Positions 63,201-64,000 of a stretch of 64,000 nt of DNA are shown piece by piece (positions within the stretch are counted from its first letter, which is position 1; every line of letters starts with the position of its first letter). The notes under the pieces were generated by a model. It made no database searches. It saw only the letters and a list, made by a program, of their open reading frames with translations, and had not been told where the DNA came from. Position numbers and translations under genes: made by a program. Source of the stretch: Azolla caroliniana (lineage: Eukaryota; Plantae; Polypodiophyta); NCBI GenBank assembly GCA_043228905.1, contig JBHGNT010000018.1, forward strand, positions 9,548,001-9,612,000, given 5' to 3'.

Positions 63201-64000
63201 TTTGCATTACAGAGTCGTATAGATGTTCAATACAACCTCAAAAATCGATTACGATAATTCATTTATGAGCTATAACTAAGCCATTTAACATACATTGATT
63301 ATATATTCGCCAATTCATAGGCATTGATAAGTAATTAGAAAATTAAAAATAATAGTGGACCCTTTCATTTAAATCCAATATTCCGCACTTATAGTTTAGT
63401 GGTTTGAGCGTTTGTTTCTTAACCTAAACATTGAAGGTTCGACCCCTTCCTAGTCCGATTCAAAGGAAAACCATTCATTTCCTTTGTATTCATAATAATG
63501 CATTTATTTTACGTGTTGAGGATCGAGCTTTACCCAATCTTATGTGTATAACACTACTATGATACTCCACATCCATGGTCTAGGATAGTGAATTCAAATT
63601 TGCACAAACTACAGGTCGCTTTTCGACCCAACAAATCCTCAAAAAATGATTACAATGATTTATTTGTGACCTATAATTAAGCATGTCACATACATTGATT
63701 ATTTATTCCCAAATTCAGAGGCAATGACCATTCATTTTAGTTGTATTCACAATGCTAGATTTGGTTTCTGTGTCAAATGTCTAGGTTTATCCAATCTCAT
63801 TTCGAGGTTTACCATGGGAGCAAAAACTCATAGAGTGAGTGACCTATAATTAAGCATGTAACATACATTGATTATTTATTCCCAAATTCAGAGGCAATGA
63901 CCATTCATTTTAGTTGTATTCACAATGCTGGATTTGGTTTCTGTGTCGAATGTCTAGGTTTACCCAATCTCATTTTGAGGTTTACCATGGGAGCAAAAAC

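Larger units (their letters stand above)
47874..64000 (+). repeat. tRNA-Arg(CCT) satellite, main block (530-bp, 830-bp and 1821-bp HOR layers)
   Basis: Continuous tandem repeats with tRNA heads; runs off the end of the window. Confidence 0.95.

Overview
Eukaryotic, gene-free heterochromatin-like window, most likely from a land plant. The retroelement types suggest a moss such as Physcomitrium, but that is inference. 1-30.3 kb is a nest of LTR retrotransposons: a Gypsy interrupted by a very young intact Copia, and a self-priming Tcn1/Tf1-type chromovirus carrying a second chromovirus, a TRIM-like element, a LINE fragment and another Gypsy. 30.3-64 kb is a satellite whose ~530-bp monomer is built around a tRNA-Arg(CCT) gene. 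The array is layered: degenerate 530-bp monomers outside, 830-bp units next, and a nearly homogeneous 1821-bp higher-order-repeat core (~50.1-56.9 kb) with 14 structurally intact tRNA-Arg(CCT) genes plus one near-intact copy. The array is interrupted by two solo LTRs and a Penelope-like retroelement with a hammerhead-ribozyme-like motif, which is itself interrupted by an Athila-like Gypsy with a large extra ORF. Several unrelated LTRs carry antisense tRNA-like A/B-box cassettes. No host protein-coding gene was found. Coordinates were counted by hand and may be off by a few bases.
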